From the NCBI RefSeq assembly GCF_018977255.1, contig NW_024704743.1:99202001-99266000 (forward strand): a stretch of DNA of 64,000 nucleotides. Direction: 5' to 3'. Every line of letters begins with the position of its first letter. Position 1 is the stretch's first letter. The notes under the pieces were generated by a model. That model was not told the origin of the DNA. It did not search any database and saw nothing but the letters and a program-made list of their open reading frames with translations. The position numbers and the translations under genes are program-made. Below are positions 42,015 through 54,069 of the stretch, piece after piece. The DNA comes from Callorhinchus milii (lineage: Eukaryota).

Positions 42015-42425
42015 TGTGTCAACCTGGTTCTGCTGGTAGGACTCTTGCCTCCGAGTCAGAAGGTTGTAGGTTCAAGACCCACATCGGGACTTTGAACTAA
42101 TATAGTCTAAGTTGATTCAAATGCAGTCCTGAGGGTGTGTTGTATTATTGGAGGTGATATCCTTTGCATGAGATGTTAAATCAAAATTCCCTTGGCCTGT
42201 AGAAGTGGACGTTAAAGATCCCACTATTCAAAAAGAGAAGGGAGTTTTTCTCTCCTGGTGTTGGTGTTCTGGGCAACACTGCCACCACCTGAAAAAAAAT
42301 TTGTGGGAATTTGTTGTGTACAAAATTGGCTGCCCCCATAAACTACACATTACAGTGTATCCTGTGAAGTGCTTTGCGATATCCTCCTGATGTGAAAGGC
42401 ACTATACCAAATTCAAGGATTATTA
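42015..42425 (+). mobile_element. SINE family B, near full length
   Basis: Head, core and TTA tail. Confidence 0.75.
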
Positions 42426-42829
42426 TTTTTTTTATTGTTGAAAATCACAAGCATCACTGTAATAGGCAAATGGAGGAAGGACTGACCACTTGCCTTTTTT
42501 AAATATGGCTCAAACTTCACTGAGCGATTGTTTGATTGTGATTATGAGGAATTTCAATCCTCCTTTAACGATTAGCTCCTTATAATGAAAACATGGTGGT
42601 TTCAGTTAATTTTACAGACTGACAAAGTATAAATTATGCAGTGATTACTGATAGTCTTAAGACAAAAACAATGTTGGGTTTTCAGTTCTCTTGCCTTTCT
42701 CTCCAATAACATCTGAGCAAGATTGAAAAAATAGACGGATAAAGCGAAATCAATATTTTGGAGAACACTTTTTGGGAATAAACCTGCATTATCTTTTCTA
42801 TTCTCTTCTTTTTTTATTATTTCTATCTT

Positions 42830-43140
42830 CTCAACATTCAGCTGCAGAAAGTTTATATTTATCCAAGCCTTGATGTCTGACAAGCAAGTGGACAGAATAT
42901 TGGTGACTTGGGTGACCACGGCTAGAGGAGAAAAAGTAGATTTCGGTGTCATTCACATACATATGCTAGTTGACACCATGTCTGTGGATAACTTCACCAA
43001 GAAAAAAGAGAGGGCCAAGGATAGAGCCTTGGGATACACTACAGATAGCCATGGCGGGGAGGGAGGAGAAACTGTTGGTGGAGACAAAGTGATGGCAGTT
43101 GTACAAGTAGGAATCAAACCAGGACAGTTCAATTCCTACT
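42830..43140 (-). mobile_element. Older L2 RT fragment; continues at about 44410-44540 on the other side of the young insertion
   Basis: SWFDSYL...QGSILGP motifs; 44410-44540 encodes the LDLSTAF region just upstream. Confidence 0.75.
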
Positions 43141-43189
43141 TGTCCCACGACAGTTCTTAAGTACTCTGAGATGCTACCCTGCATGGAGG

Positions 43190-44380
43190 ACGCATTTTGT
43201 CTCGACGAATGGTTTCTCCTCCACCCCCCGCACTGTCTCATGTGGTGTCCCTCAGGGCTCTGTCCTTGGTCCCCTCCTCTTCACCCTCTATATGCTCCCC
43301 CTTGGTGACATCATCCGCAGACATGGGGTTAACTTCCACATGTATGCGGATGACACCCAACTCTACCTTTCCTCCTCTACTCTCAACTCCACGACCACCG
43401 ATGTCCTGACAGCCTGCCTGTCCGACATCGAGTCCTGGACGAGAGACAACTTTCTTCAGCTCAACGTGCGAAAAACCGAGGCCCTCCTGATTGGCTCACG
43501 TCAGCGCCTCCGCACCTCAGGCGCTGACACCATCAGCATCCAAGGCTGCACTCTCCACCTCGCAAAGCCAGTCAGGAACCTCGGCGTTTTGTTCGACCCT
43601 GAGCTGTCCTTTCTTCCTCACATCCGCACCACAACTGGCACCGCCTTCCATCACCTCCGGAACATCGCCAGACTACGGCATTACCTCACCCCTCACGCTG
43701 CTGAAACCCTAGTTCACGCCTTTGTCACCTCAAGGCTGGACTATGGGAACTCTCTCCTCGCCGGCCTTCCCGCCACCTCCCTCCACAAGCTGCAGGTCAT
43801 TCAGAACTCTGCAGCTCGTGTACTGTCCCGCACCAGGCTTCGCGACCACATCACTTCCACCCTCGCTCGCCTCCACTGGCTCCCCATCCCCCAGAGGATT
43901 GATTTCAAGATCCTCATCCTCACCTACAAGGCCATTCACGGCCTTGCTCCCTCCTACCTCTCCAACCTACTATCCCCCTACCTACCTGCCCGTACCCTCC
44001 GTTCCTCTGGCTCCGGTCTGCTCCACGGCCCCCTCCCCAACCGCCCTACCATCGGTGGTCGGGCCTTCAGCCTCTCAGCCCCCAGGCTCTGGAACTCCAT
44101 CCCCCAGTGCCTTCGCCTTGCTTCCTCCCTCTCCTCCTTCAAGGCCGGTCTCAAAACCTTTCTCTTTGACCGAGCCTTCAGCTCCCCTCTCGACTCTCTT
44201 CCCCCTCCTCGCTCCCTCCCTTCCCTCCCCTCACCCTGACCATTTCCCCCCTCCTCGCTCCCTCCCCTCCCCGACCATTTCCCCCCTGCTCGGGTCATGA
44301 CCCAACTGTGCAGCGCCTTGGGACGTCCTCCTGACGTGAAAGGCGCTTTATAAATGGAATCTTGTTTTTGTTGTTGTTGT
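43190..44380 (+). mobile_element. Young 5'-truncated L2 LINE with an intact RT C-terminus
   Basis: Uninterrupted ORF ([10 protein letters not shown]...[10 protein letters not shown]...LDYGNSLL...) to the stop at 44239, then 3' UTR and (TTG)n tail. Confidence 0.92.
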
Positions 44381-46049
44381 ATATAAGTGCAAGTTGTTGT
44401 TGTTGACAGTGCAGTCCCACTGAGGTGGATGGGGCAGGAGAGGTGGTCGAGGAGGATGGCATAGATGACTGTCTCAAAGGCAGTGGAGAGGTCTAGAAAG
44501 ACAAGGAGACAGAGGGAGCCCAGCTCACAGAGAGCGTGAATGTCTTAATGTTGTGAAATGTAAAGTAGTTCATTTTGAGAAAAACGACAAAGAAGACAAG
44601 CATTCTCGAAGATTACTCCTAGTTGTGGTTATGAAGAAAAGCTCAAAATATTGGAAGTGCTTACACTGGAACAGAGAAAGTTAAAAGAAGATCTAAACAA
44701 GATCTTCAAAATGTTGAAAAGTTTTTAAGAGGATAGAAAGTAAATGATTATTCCCATCGGTTGGTACATTGGTCACTAGGGGGCATAATCTCACTACAAG
44801 TGTATTTGGTCTTTACTGCTTTTAAATTCAGTTCATATGGTGCATGTTTAATATATTGAAAGAAAGATTTGTGCTCCTTATTATACCTGATAAATTGGTT
44901 TTCTGGGTGTGTGGAAATTCTCCTAGGGTCTCTCAGCGTAGTGCCTCTGATCTTCCTCAGTTTCTGACTGTGCCTCAATAAAACTGCCAGGTCCAGATCA
45001 ACTATTAATTATATCTCACGTTAACCTTGCATTCCTGTGTAATGAACACCTCAACTAATACCCTGGAAGAATTTCAACACAGTGAAAGCAGGAAAGAGGC
45101 ACAGTCACAATTCATCGTTCATAGATAAATAGACATTCTATTCAATAGCAGTGTTCAAATTTCAGCTTCTTTATGAAGATAAAAGATAAACCTAATGCAG
45201 GACTTTTTTATTGCTTTGGGGAAACAGGGTTTGGTATTGTGATCATTGGCTAAGTCTTAATCTGCGCATAAGTTAACACTGTATTTTTGTTCTAGGATAT
45301 GTTCAGTGGAATAAAGAGCCTTTTCCAAATCTCTTGTTTGTTAAAGGTTAACAGTAAGAATGTCAGCAGGTCTCAACTGAAACAATATGAAAGGCCTAAT
45401 TCTTTGTATGCAGAATACTAAAGTACTCTGGAATTGTGCATTAAGTAGACTGGAGAATCATGTGTAAGAGATAATTAAAAGCATTTTCAGCTCCAGATTT
45501 TTTGCCTTGTAAAAAACAAGGTTACTTAACTACTTTATTTGCACACAGAGTAATTAAGCTTGTTCCTAGTTGAGCACTTGACTCGCAAATGAGAGGAACT
45601 GTGTTTGATTCCTGAGCAGGGTGAAACTTTAGGCAAGTTTCCTTATTCCACACGCCACTGTTTACCCAGCAGTTAGTAGGAACCCGGTTGTTAGTCGATT
45701 GGCGGATCGCTTTTCCGGGGGTAATACCGCAAAAAAAAATTGGTCACATTTAATCCACAACTCTTTGTGGAACACTGCTGTGCGCAAATGTCTGCCGCGT
45801 TTTGCCCACAAAATATACAGTCGGAGTTTACTGTAAATCTAGATAAGTAGACTAAGTAGCTTTACTGGCATTAGACGGTTTCACCTTATTTGATTGGAAA
45901 ATGGCCATAAGTCAACACAGATATCCAGTTGTGTTATAATTTCGGCTGAGATTCTAATACATGAGTTAGATGTATTGTTACATCTGGAGCTTCAGTGAGG
46001 AGAATGTAGGGTGTTCACTGTGGGTTGGAAATGTGTGTGTGTGCGTGCA

Positions 46050-46257
46050 GCTGAATCATCAGCAATCCAGGTCAGCATCCACCCTGCTACTGACTCCAAA
46101 GTACTTTGACATTCAGGACTCTTGTCACCTAATCCGATTTAACCAAACAGATTGCATTAAGACCCAGCAACCTGTTGTCAGGAGCTGATTGTATAAATAG
46201 GGAAGATCTCCAGGTAGGAGAGAGAGAAAAAGATAGCAGATTGGATCCGAGAAGCAG
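46050..46257 (+). promoter_or_regulatory. CLUL1: Candidate CLUL1 promoter and non-coding exon 1
   Basis: MARE/NRE-like GCTGAATCATCAGCA (46050-46064), CRX/OTX-type CTAATCC (46129-46135), TATAAATA (46192-46199), then donor CAG|gtaata at 46257/8. Confidence 0.55.
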
Positions 46258-48086
46258 GTAATAAGCCCTGGGCAGACAATGCTACCTGGCAACTTTGAAA
46301 AACAGCTAGCAGACTGCAGTGAATAATTGGGATTCACAATAGCGGTGTTAGCAACAGAATTTACTGAGGTGTGCTGTTAGACAATACTTAACAACATGTG
46401 TGACAATTGCCATAACCCTTGTAACCTTCAACTTCTGAATGTTCAGCATTTATGTTATATAAATTAATTTTCCAGAGTTTACATGCAGACACGTTGAATG
46501 TAAAGGTTTGTACGTGTTAATTCAACAGTACTTGTAGGAGAACATTAAGGGAGCTTTGCTGTGGGTATGTGGGACTCAGTGTGTGCATGTGTTTTAATTG
46601 GTAAGTTCTCTAACAGGATATTAACTCTTAACAATAATAATCCTGTATTGGATGTATTGTAAATGTAAATTCTATAGCAGCTAATATGTTGAAATGTCTG
46701 AAAGCACTTGGCAGGGAAATCAAGTGTTGTGGCTATGCACTTTCAAAGTCACAATGATCAGTGAATGATTAATTTTATTTGCATGATTGCTGGCCAGGAT
46801 ATTGAGAGAAACTCCTTGCTCTCTTCAAATAGTTTAATGGAATCTTTTAATGTCATTCTGGAGATTGGAGCTATTTGTAAAAAAAGAAGTTGCATTTTTA
46901 TAGTGCTTATAATGTTGAAACATCTCAAAGTGCTTGACAGTAATACTATCACGTGTAGTGACTGTTTTAGTTGGCAAATGCCTCAGCCAGTCTGGGCACA
47001 GCAAAGTTCTACTATCAGCTGTGAGGTGAATGATACACAGAGAAACTCCTTTCTATTTTTAAGATCTTTATAATATTAATCCTTGCATTTGATATAGTGC
47101 TTTTCATGTCTTCTAGATGTCTTAAAGCGCTTCACAGAATATACTGTAAAGTGAATTGACTGTATATTTGTGGGCAAAACCAATGTCCACTTGAAGAGTA
47201 TGGGATCTTGGGATAACATCTCATTCGAAGCACAGTATGTTTGACAACGCAGTGCTCCCCCAGTATGCATTGAAGTGTCTGCTTAGATATATAGCTCAAA
47301 GTCCTGTTGTGGGGCTTGATTCCACAACTTTCTGACTCAGAAGTGAGAGGGCTACTGCTGTTTGTCTGACTCCCCAGCTTTTCCCTACACAAGCTGCAGA
47401 CCATCCAGAACAATGCAGCCTGTGTCCTCTGCCGCAAAAGGCACTGCGTGCCAACCACTCTCATCCTTGCTTAGCTCAACTGGCTCCCCATCCCCCAGTG
47501 AATCAATTTCAGAATTCTTACATTCACTTCTAAATCCCTCCTTGGCCTCTGTGACCTTGTGAGAGAGACCCTACTGACCTGCTCAGCAAGCACCTGCTTC
47601 ACATCCCAGCACTCTCTGCCCCACTATTGGTGGGCAAGCTTTCAGCTATTCCGCCCTTGCTCTTGGAACTCCATCCCGGGGTCCCTTTGCCTTCCCCTTC
47701 CTTCCCCACTGTCAAGATTTATCTCTTCAAGTTCCGGTTTCCATATCCTCTCCCTTCAGCTCCCCATTGCTTCCCTACCCCGGGTTATCTGACAGTGTGA
47801 AACACAGTGAGACATCCTCCCAGCATCAAATACGCTATAGAAATATAAATTGTTGTTGTCTTCTATTTGGTATAGTTGCATTCTTTTGGCTTCTCTCAGT
47901 GAATTTCCAATTTAGTGGTAAATTAAGGCAGTTTTGTGCTGTGAGCTCACATGCATTGGTGACTGAATTGAGATGAAGTTATGTGGTTAAAGAGGAAGGC
48001 TAGTAAATAATAAATGTTTGTGTTTCAGGTCTGCATATTAAAATCAAAGAGAAGGCAATTTTTCATCTGTATTCACCTGCAGGATC

Positions 48087-48189
48087 ATGAAGTTGTTGTC
48101 TGTCTACTTGCTGTGCTTTTTATGGATAGGGAATCTGAAAGCTCAACCTGAGCAAGAAAACATAATTCTCCCTCTGGAAACTCTCAAAC
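48087..48189 (+). CDS. CLUL1: Clusterin-like protein 1, coding exon 1 (signal peptide MKLLSVYLLCFLWIGNLKA-QPEQENIILPLETLK)
   Basis: ATG after candidate acceptors (48028 or 48082), hydrophobic signal peptide, donor C|gtaagt in phase 1. Confidence 0.85.
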
Positions 48190-48620
48190 GTAAGTGCAAA
48201 TGTGGTTTAAAACATAAACTTTGTGACATTTACTGACTACTCAATGGAGACTAAAAAGTGGGCTGGCGGTATGGGGAAAGGGCAGGTAAATGGACTGAAA
48301 GAATTCCTCTTAAAAGAACCAGCACAGACATGATGACCTGAATGGCCTTCTTTTGTGCTGTAAATTACTATGGTTCTATACGACTATGGGCTAATAGCCA
48401 ATGGCTAACCAGAATCGCCTGCATCTGTTTTCGTTTGTGGTTAATTACAAAATTAACAGCCTCTGTATTCTTCTGAAAATATTTTGCCGTGGGTTCATGC
48501 ATTTTAGACCCTTGTTGCATATATCACATCAAGCTTAAATCAGCTTGTTAGCGAAAGAGTGCTATGCAAATGTAAAACACAGCATATGAATATCTCACTG
48601 TGTGACATTAATCTTTTTAG

Positions 48621-48769
48621 AGGTGTCCAAAGTAGGTGAGAAATATGTGGAAAAGGAAGTGAAGAAGGCCCTGATTGGCATCAAACAAATGAAGACCACT
48701 ATGGAAGAAAGTGAAGAAATACACAAAAGTTTGATGCTCTCTTTAAAAAAAAGCAGCCAAAAGAAAGAG
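48621..48769 (+). CDS. CLUL1: CLUL1 coding exon 2 ([29 protein letters not shown]...)
   Basis: Clusterin-family N-terminal motif; ag|...|gtaaat; 149 nt, phases consistent. Confidence 0.93.
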
Positions 48770-49475
48770 GTAAATGAAAGATTATAAATGGAGTCATTCC
48801 TAAGCCAATTTTGCCACACATGTAGCACTATGTCTCTGGTGGTAATGCTGGACATTGTATGTGCTTTACACTGTCAAAGCACCCATCTCGACTACCAGAA
48901 TAGGAATGCAGTGGAGTTATCATTGTCTAAGTAAAGACCAAGATTGTCCAAGATTTTATAACATTGTGGATGCAGCAGGTCAAATAGCAACATATGTTTG
49001 ATGACCAAAAGCAAGGTACCACTATGGCTTCGATAAGAGATCTTCGATAAGAGGTATTCCTGGAAATAGATTCCTGCTGAAATGAAATACAAAAGTGTCA
49101 TTCTGAAGGACTTAAAAAGAATTCACCAGTCAGGGAATTGATTTAAAATTAAATCAAAGCAGTAACATAACTAGTCTTGGTCTCAAAATGAAGCATGCCA
49201 TTTGTGGAGCTAGAAAAGGGTTTATGCAATTCCTATGTTCTGCCAATAAACCAAATCACTTTAGATACTGTGAATGTAAGGCTCCTCACTGCTCAGAGCT
49301 GTACGTTTATTAAACTATATTGTTCTACTTCCCCATCAGTCTGAATCTAAAAGATTTTTAGATGAGTGAGTGATGACAGTACATTTGTAGCTCTGATTAA
49401 ATGTTAGGAATTTAGTTCTTTGTGCATCAACGATTAAAGAGAACAGTAACGGAATGTGATGTTCTTCTTACATAG

Positions 49476-49646
49476 GAAGTCCTTCAACGTGCCAGAGATG
49501 TGGAGCAAAGACTAGAGAAAGAAGAGGACACATGCCAAGCTTCCCTACAGAGTGCATGGGAGGATTGCAAGCCTTGCCTGGAAGACGCTTGCAAGACATT
49601 TTACACCACAACCTGTCGCAGAGGCTTCTCAATATTTACAAGCAGG
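49476..49646 (+). CDS. CLUL1: CLUL1 coding exon 3 (first Cys cluster: CQASLQSAWEDCKPCLEDACKTFYTTTC)
   Basis: Clusterin signature WEECKPCL-like; canonical splice sites; 171 nt. Confidence 0.95.
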
Positions 49647-49994
49647 GTAAAACAACAACAGCAACTTGCATTTATATAGCGCCTTTCACGTCAGGTAGCG
49701 TCCCAGAGTGCTTTAAAACTGTGAAACTACATGAATTGGGAAGTAGCGGCATTTGTTTGCACTATTCAGGCAATAAGAAAAGGGGTTGTGTTTTATTTCT
49801 CATACATAGTTACTTATATGAATGTATGTATTGCAAAACATGTGTAACTGTAACATAATGTAACATATTATGCTTACAAAATATTACAACAACTATTATC
49901 ACAACTAGAGTTCTTCATTGCACATCATAATCAATCAACAAAACACCATTCCAATAATATAGAGTACCTCTAATTAGATTAGTTGATGATAACA

Positions 49995-50435
49995 ATGTGC
50001 ATTTGACATAGCACCTTTTCACATTGTCAAAATGTCTCAAAGCGCTTTACAGGATATACTCTAACTGGGATTAACTGTATATATATTTGTGTTTGTGGGC
50101 GAAACATGGCAGCCAGTTGCGGACAGCTATGTCCCACACACAACCATGAAGTGAGTCACCAATTTTATTTGGGGGATTTGTTGGCTAGAACACTTGGAGA
50201 AACTCCCTTTTCTTTTTGAATAGTTCTCTTTTTGAATCGTTAACATCCAAAAGAAGAGTCAGATGGAATCTTGGTTTAACATCTCATCCGAAGGACGGTA
50301 CCTCCAACAATGCAATGTACCTCCCAGCACTATATTACAGCGTCAGTTTCGATCTAATTCCATATCCAAATGTAGGGCTTGAACCCTCAACCTTCTGACT
50401 CAGACGAGAGTGCTATCACTGCACCAGGCTGAAAC
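49995..50435 (-). mobile_element. SINE family B, near full length (CLUL1 intron)
   Basis: Head, core and tail. Confidence 0.75.
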
Positions 50436-50661
50436 ACATTTATACTAATTGCTTTACAGATTTATGTATTTCTATTAATTTGTACTACAATAACTTTCTA
50501 GTAGTAGTTTGGCTACAATATATATTTTGGGAGTTTTCATTATAAATAATTTGTAACAGAATAAATTGTGGGGAAATAAATCAATATTTTAGAGAAAAAT
50601 AGTGTAAGGAATGTGTGAAGGTTTGGTGCTGAGCAAGGAATTTGCAATTTCTGTTTTATAG

Positions 50662-51100
50662 ATAAAAGATTTCTTTAGCAGAATGACTCCTCTATTTTTC
50701 ACACCACATGAAGGAAAGGACATCAGAGTTAATGAAGATACAGAGCCCAAAGATACAGACATAACAGAAATAGAGGATGCTTTCTCTCATCTGATGGTTG
50801 ACGTCACCTCTACCTTTGATGAAAGTGTTCAGTTATTCAAAACCCTGCAGCAGGAATTTGATCAGTCGTTTCAGAAAGCCTTCACGTCGAATATGCAGCC
50901 GATCAGATCCAGCCCCAATGCCGACTCCCTGGAAAGTCCTTTTGGAGGTTCTGGCTTTTTTAAAGATTTGGGACTTACTAACCTATTTCAGTCGTTAATT
51001 GACTTGAGTTCCATACTCTTTGATAGTTTCAGCGCAGCAATCATTAACACGTTTGATGTCGTCCAGAACATCTCAACTGATACGATGAAACAACATGGAG
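50662..51100 (+). CDS. CLUL1: CLUL1 coding exon 4 (439 nt, ends at a GC donor)
   Basis: Matches ORF 50683-51111; acceptor ttttatag|; donor GAG|gcaagt gives the phase 1 needed by the next exon. Confidence 0.85.
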
Positions 51101-52559
51101 GCAAGTTATAATGTCACAGTTACAATTAATGTAATAATGCAACAGCTGGAATTTGTTTCGGATTAGGAGATATAAATGCAACGAAAGCCTCTTAATGGAA
51201 ACACCCATATCATGAGTGAAAGATTTCCATTACCCCACATTTAAAGTTTTAATAGTAATATCTGTTTCAAAAATCTTAACAGTTGTACAGAATTGCTGAA
51301 TACAATAATGGACTTGTGACTTTTCTTCGTTTATCTTTTGATTTTCAAAATATTGTTATTTAAGCAGTAGATAGTGTCGTAGAGTTTCTGAATCTGACAT
51401 TAGACAATCTGGCATTTGAGATCTTTTCACTATTTGTTTAAAATGGAGTTTCCAATTACAAGCACAAAAGAAACAGGATAACTATTTTTAATGATCGGTG
51501 CCTGATAGATGCCACTGGGACTGAAAGGAATTAGCATACATATTGAAACTAGTTGATTGATTGGTGAAATACACTAAGTCAGTAGATGTATCACTGGTCA
51601 CGTAAATTCAGCTCCACTTCAATGTTAGGTTTGGTAAACCAATGCAATAAAATTAACAAAGCTCACGATTTAATCAAAAATATCCATAAAAGGTCCCTTG
51701 TCGCAAGATGCACTCTTTTAAGGAGGAATATAACTCAACATGTAATTACTGTCACTGATAAACACTTATCCACAAAGCAATCCACTGGATGCAACATCTT
51801 TATTCATTTTTAGTTGAGTAATTTTACAGAATATAAAAACACGTGATCAGTGTATCATCATGATTATCAGTGAGAGGCATCTCAAAAATCAAGGTGTGAT
51901 TAGATCTGCCCAACAGAGTCATTTTATTCAAATTTCTTTACTTTTTAAGTTATCATTTCATGAGATGGACTAGGAACAGTGACCCAGGTGGTGCAATGTT
52001 TGGCGTTGGTGGCAAGAAGTTGTTTTTTTCACCTATATGGGAATCTCGTTAGAAACCCAGAATATTGGTCCTACCCCTAAAGCCGTTGTCTTAACATTTA
52101 AGATTGTGCTGAAAATTTCATAAAATGCAATTTTGAAGACAGGCTTCCATAATTCCTTTCAAGACTGAATTCTCCAAAATGCAACATGATCTTTAAGTTT
52201 AAGGCAATGGTGTTAAGGCTAAGATCTTAAGACATTCTGGGCTTTTGGAATCCACATGTATGTTTTCTCCACACAACTCAGAAGTAGGTTCTGGCCTCAG
52301 ATCTAAGACTGAAGTGCTGCTAAACTATATTTGATTTACAAAGTTAATAGTCTGAGTTGTTATTCTCCACTTGTCCATAAATGTATCACAAAACTTTGCA
52401 GCGAGTACATATATTCCTCACCGTTTGTTAGTAAATTGATCAACAACTTCAATGTCCTTTTTTTGTCAACAGAACCAATATTTATTTGTTATGTAAGTTG
52501 CAGTGACTCGCAAGTTATTTTATACAGTAACAAAAAAAAGTCTGATTACTTTCCTTCAG

Positions 52560-52697
52560 ATTCACACCATGGAGGTATTTTCTCTCATCTTCTGCTTTCT
52601 AGAAATGAAAATCTCTGCAGGGACATCCGCAGGAATGCCTCGGGGTGTCTGCAGCTGCAAGAAAAATGCCAATCATGTCACCCCCTATTTTCCCAGG
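52560..52697 (+). CDS. CLUL1: CLUL1 coding exon 5 (second Cys cluster: LCRDIRRNASGCLQLQEKCQSC)
   Basis: Clusterin C-x-E/D-IR-x-N-S-x-GCL motif; ttcag|...G|gtaagc; 138 nt. Confidence 0.93.
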
Positions 52698-53410
52698 GTA
52701 AGCTGTCTGTCTGTACTGTCCAAGTGCAGTGCTGATCTCGTGTGACTCACTGACGTTTCATTACAGAGAAATTGGAGTGAGCAAGAATCCTAAGTGCTTG
52801 ATTGTTATTTGCAGGAAATTGCTGTGCACAAATTAGCTTACCCATTTTTGTAGAAATACTACACTTTACAGTAAATCATCCTTGCATTTGGTGTAGCACC
52901 TTTCACATCACAAGAACGTCCCAAAGATTCAAATGGATCAAATCCAAGATCTTTATCCTCACTTCCAATTCCCTCCATGTTCTCGCCCCACCTGGTCACT
53001 TTGTCTGTCACTCCCTCCTCATCTCTCTCTCTCTCCAAGCTTGGACTCACACGGCTCAAAGCACTTCACACAGTTAACTGAGACATACTCCTAATGTGGA
53101 AAGTGATATATATATATATGTATATATATGTCAACTGTTGTTGTTGTTGTGATATTAGCTTTTCCTGACATGATACTCCATACATATCTAACGCCTTGGG
53201 TGATCCTCCCAATGTAAAAGACGCTATACAAATGTAATTTTGCTGTTGTTGTATAATCTTGGTAATCTTGGAGCACTACCCCAGAATGGAAGGCTATTGA
53301 AATAATGCGCTGTACACTGATGTGTTTCACGATACACATTTCTGGAGGTAAATTGCTAAATACAGGTAATAAATAAATTAACTTTGACTATCTTTGTTCT
53401 TGTTTTGTAG

Positions 53411-53625
53411 AGTGTCCCAACCTCCTTGAGGTTCGGGTCGAATTTACTGAAGCCTCACACTTAGTAGATGCGTCAAATGAAGAATATCAGCAGGTTCTCC
53501 AGGTAGTACAGCGCCATACAGCAGACATTGCTGACCAGATGCAACACATGAAGGAAGCATTTGGCTGGTTGATGGAATTATCCAACATGACGCTGGGACA
53601 TCAAAATATGTTTCGTGTTGATATG
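53411..53625 (+). CDS. CLUL1: CLUL1 coding exon 6 (CPNLLEVRVEF...MKEAFGWLMELSN...)
   Basis: Clusterin-like FGW motif; tttgtag|...ATG|gtaaat; 215 nt. Confidence 0.92.
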
Positions 53626-54069
53626 GTAAATATTTTGAAGATATTCTGAATACTCGACAAGTTTCTAAATCAGTGCTTTTTGTTAACCAAATAAAGTTAT
53701 CTAACTTGAGTGTGGATGGTATATGGTAAATCTAACTTGAGTGTGGATGGTAAATGACCCCAGATCATGAACTCTGCATTATTCTGCATAAAATGGTAAG
53801 GGAAACGTAGAAGATAGAGTAGCTCTTTTGGAGAGCCAACACAAGCACAATAATAATAATATTATAATAATATAATAATCCTTATTATAATAATAGAACA
53901 AATTATTTCATACTGTGCTCTAAATTTCTATGGGTCTGTTTAGGGATGAGTTGTTATATTGAAAAATGGGGCAGGACTGTGTTTCTCATGCGGCTCAATA
54001 CCAGCTCTGCAGGATTTATTAATCTGCAATGATTTCGCACTTCAAGGCTCAATTGATTGAATATAGTAC

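Noticed and set aside
53699..53752. Two copies of ATCTAACTTGAGTGTGGATGGTA
   Set aside because: Simple local tandem duplication; no array or spacer structure, and not CRISPR-like.
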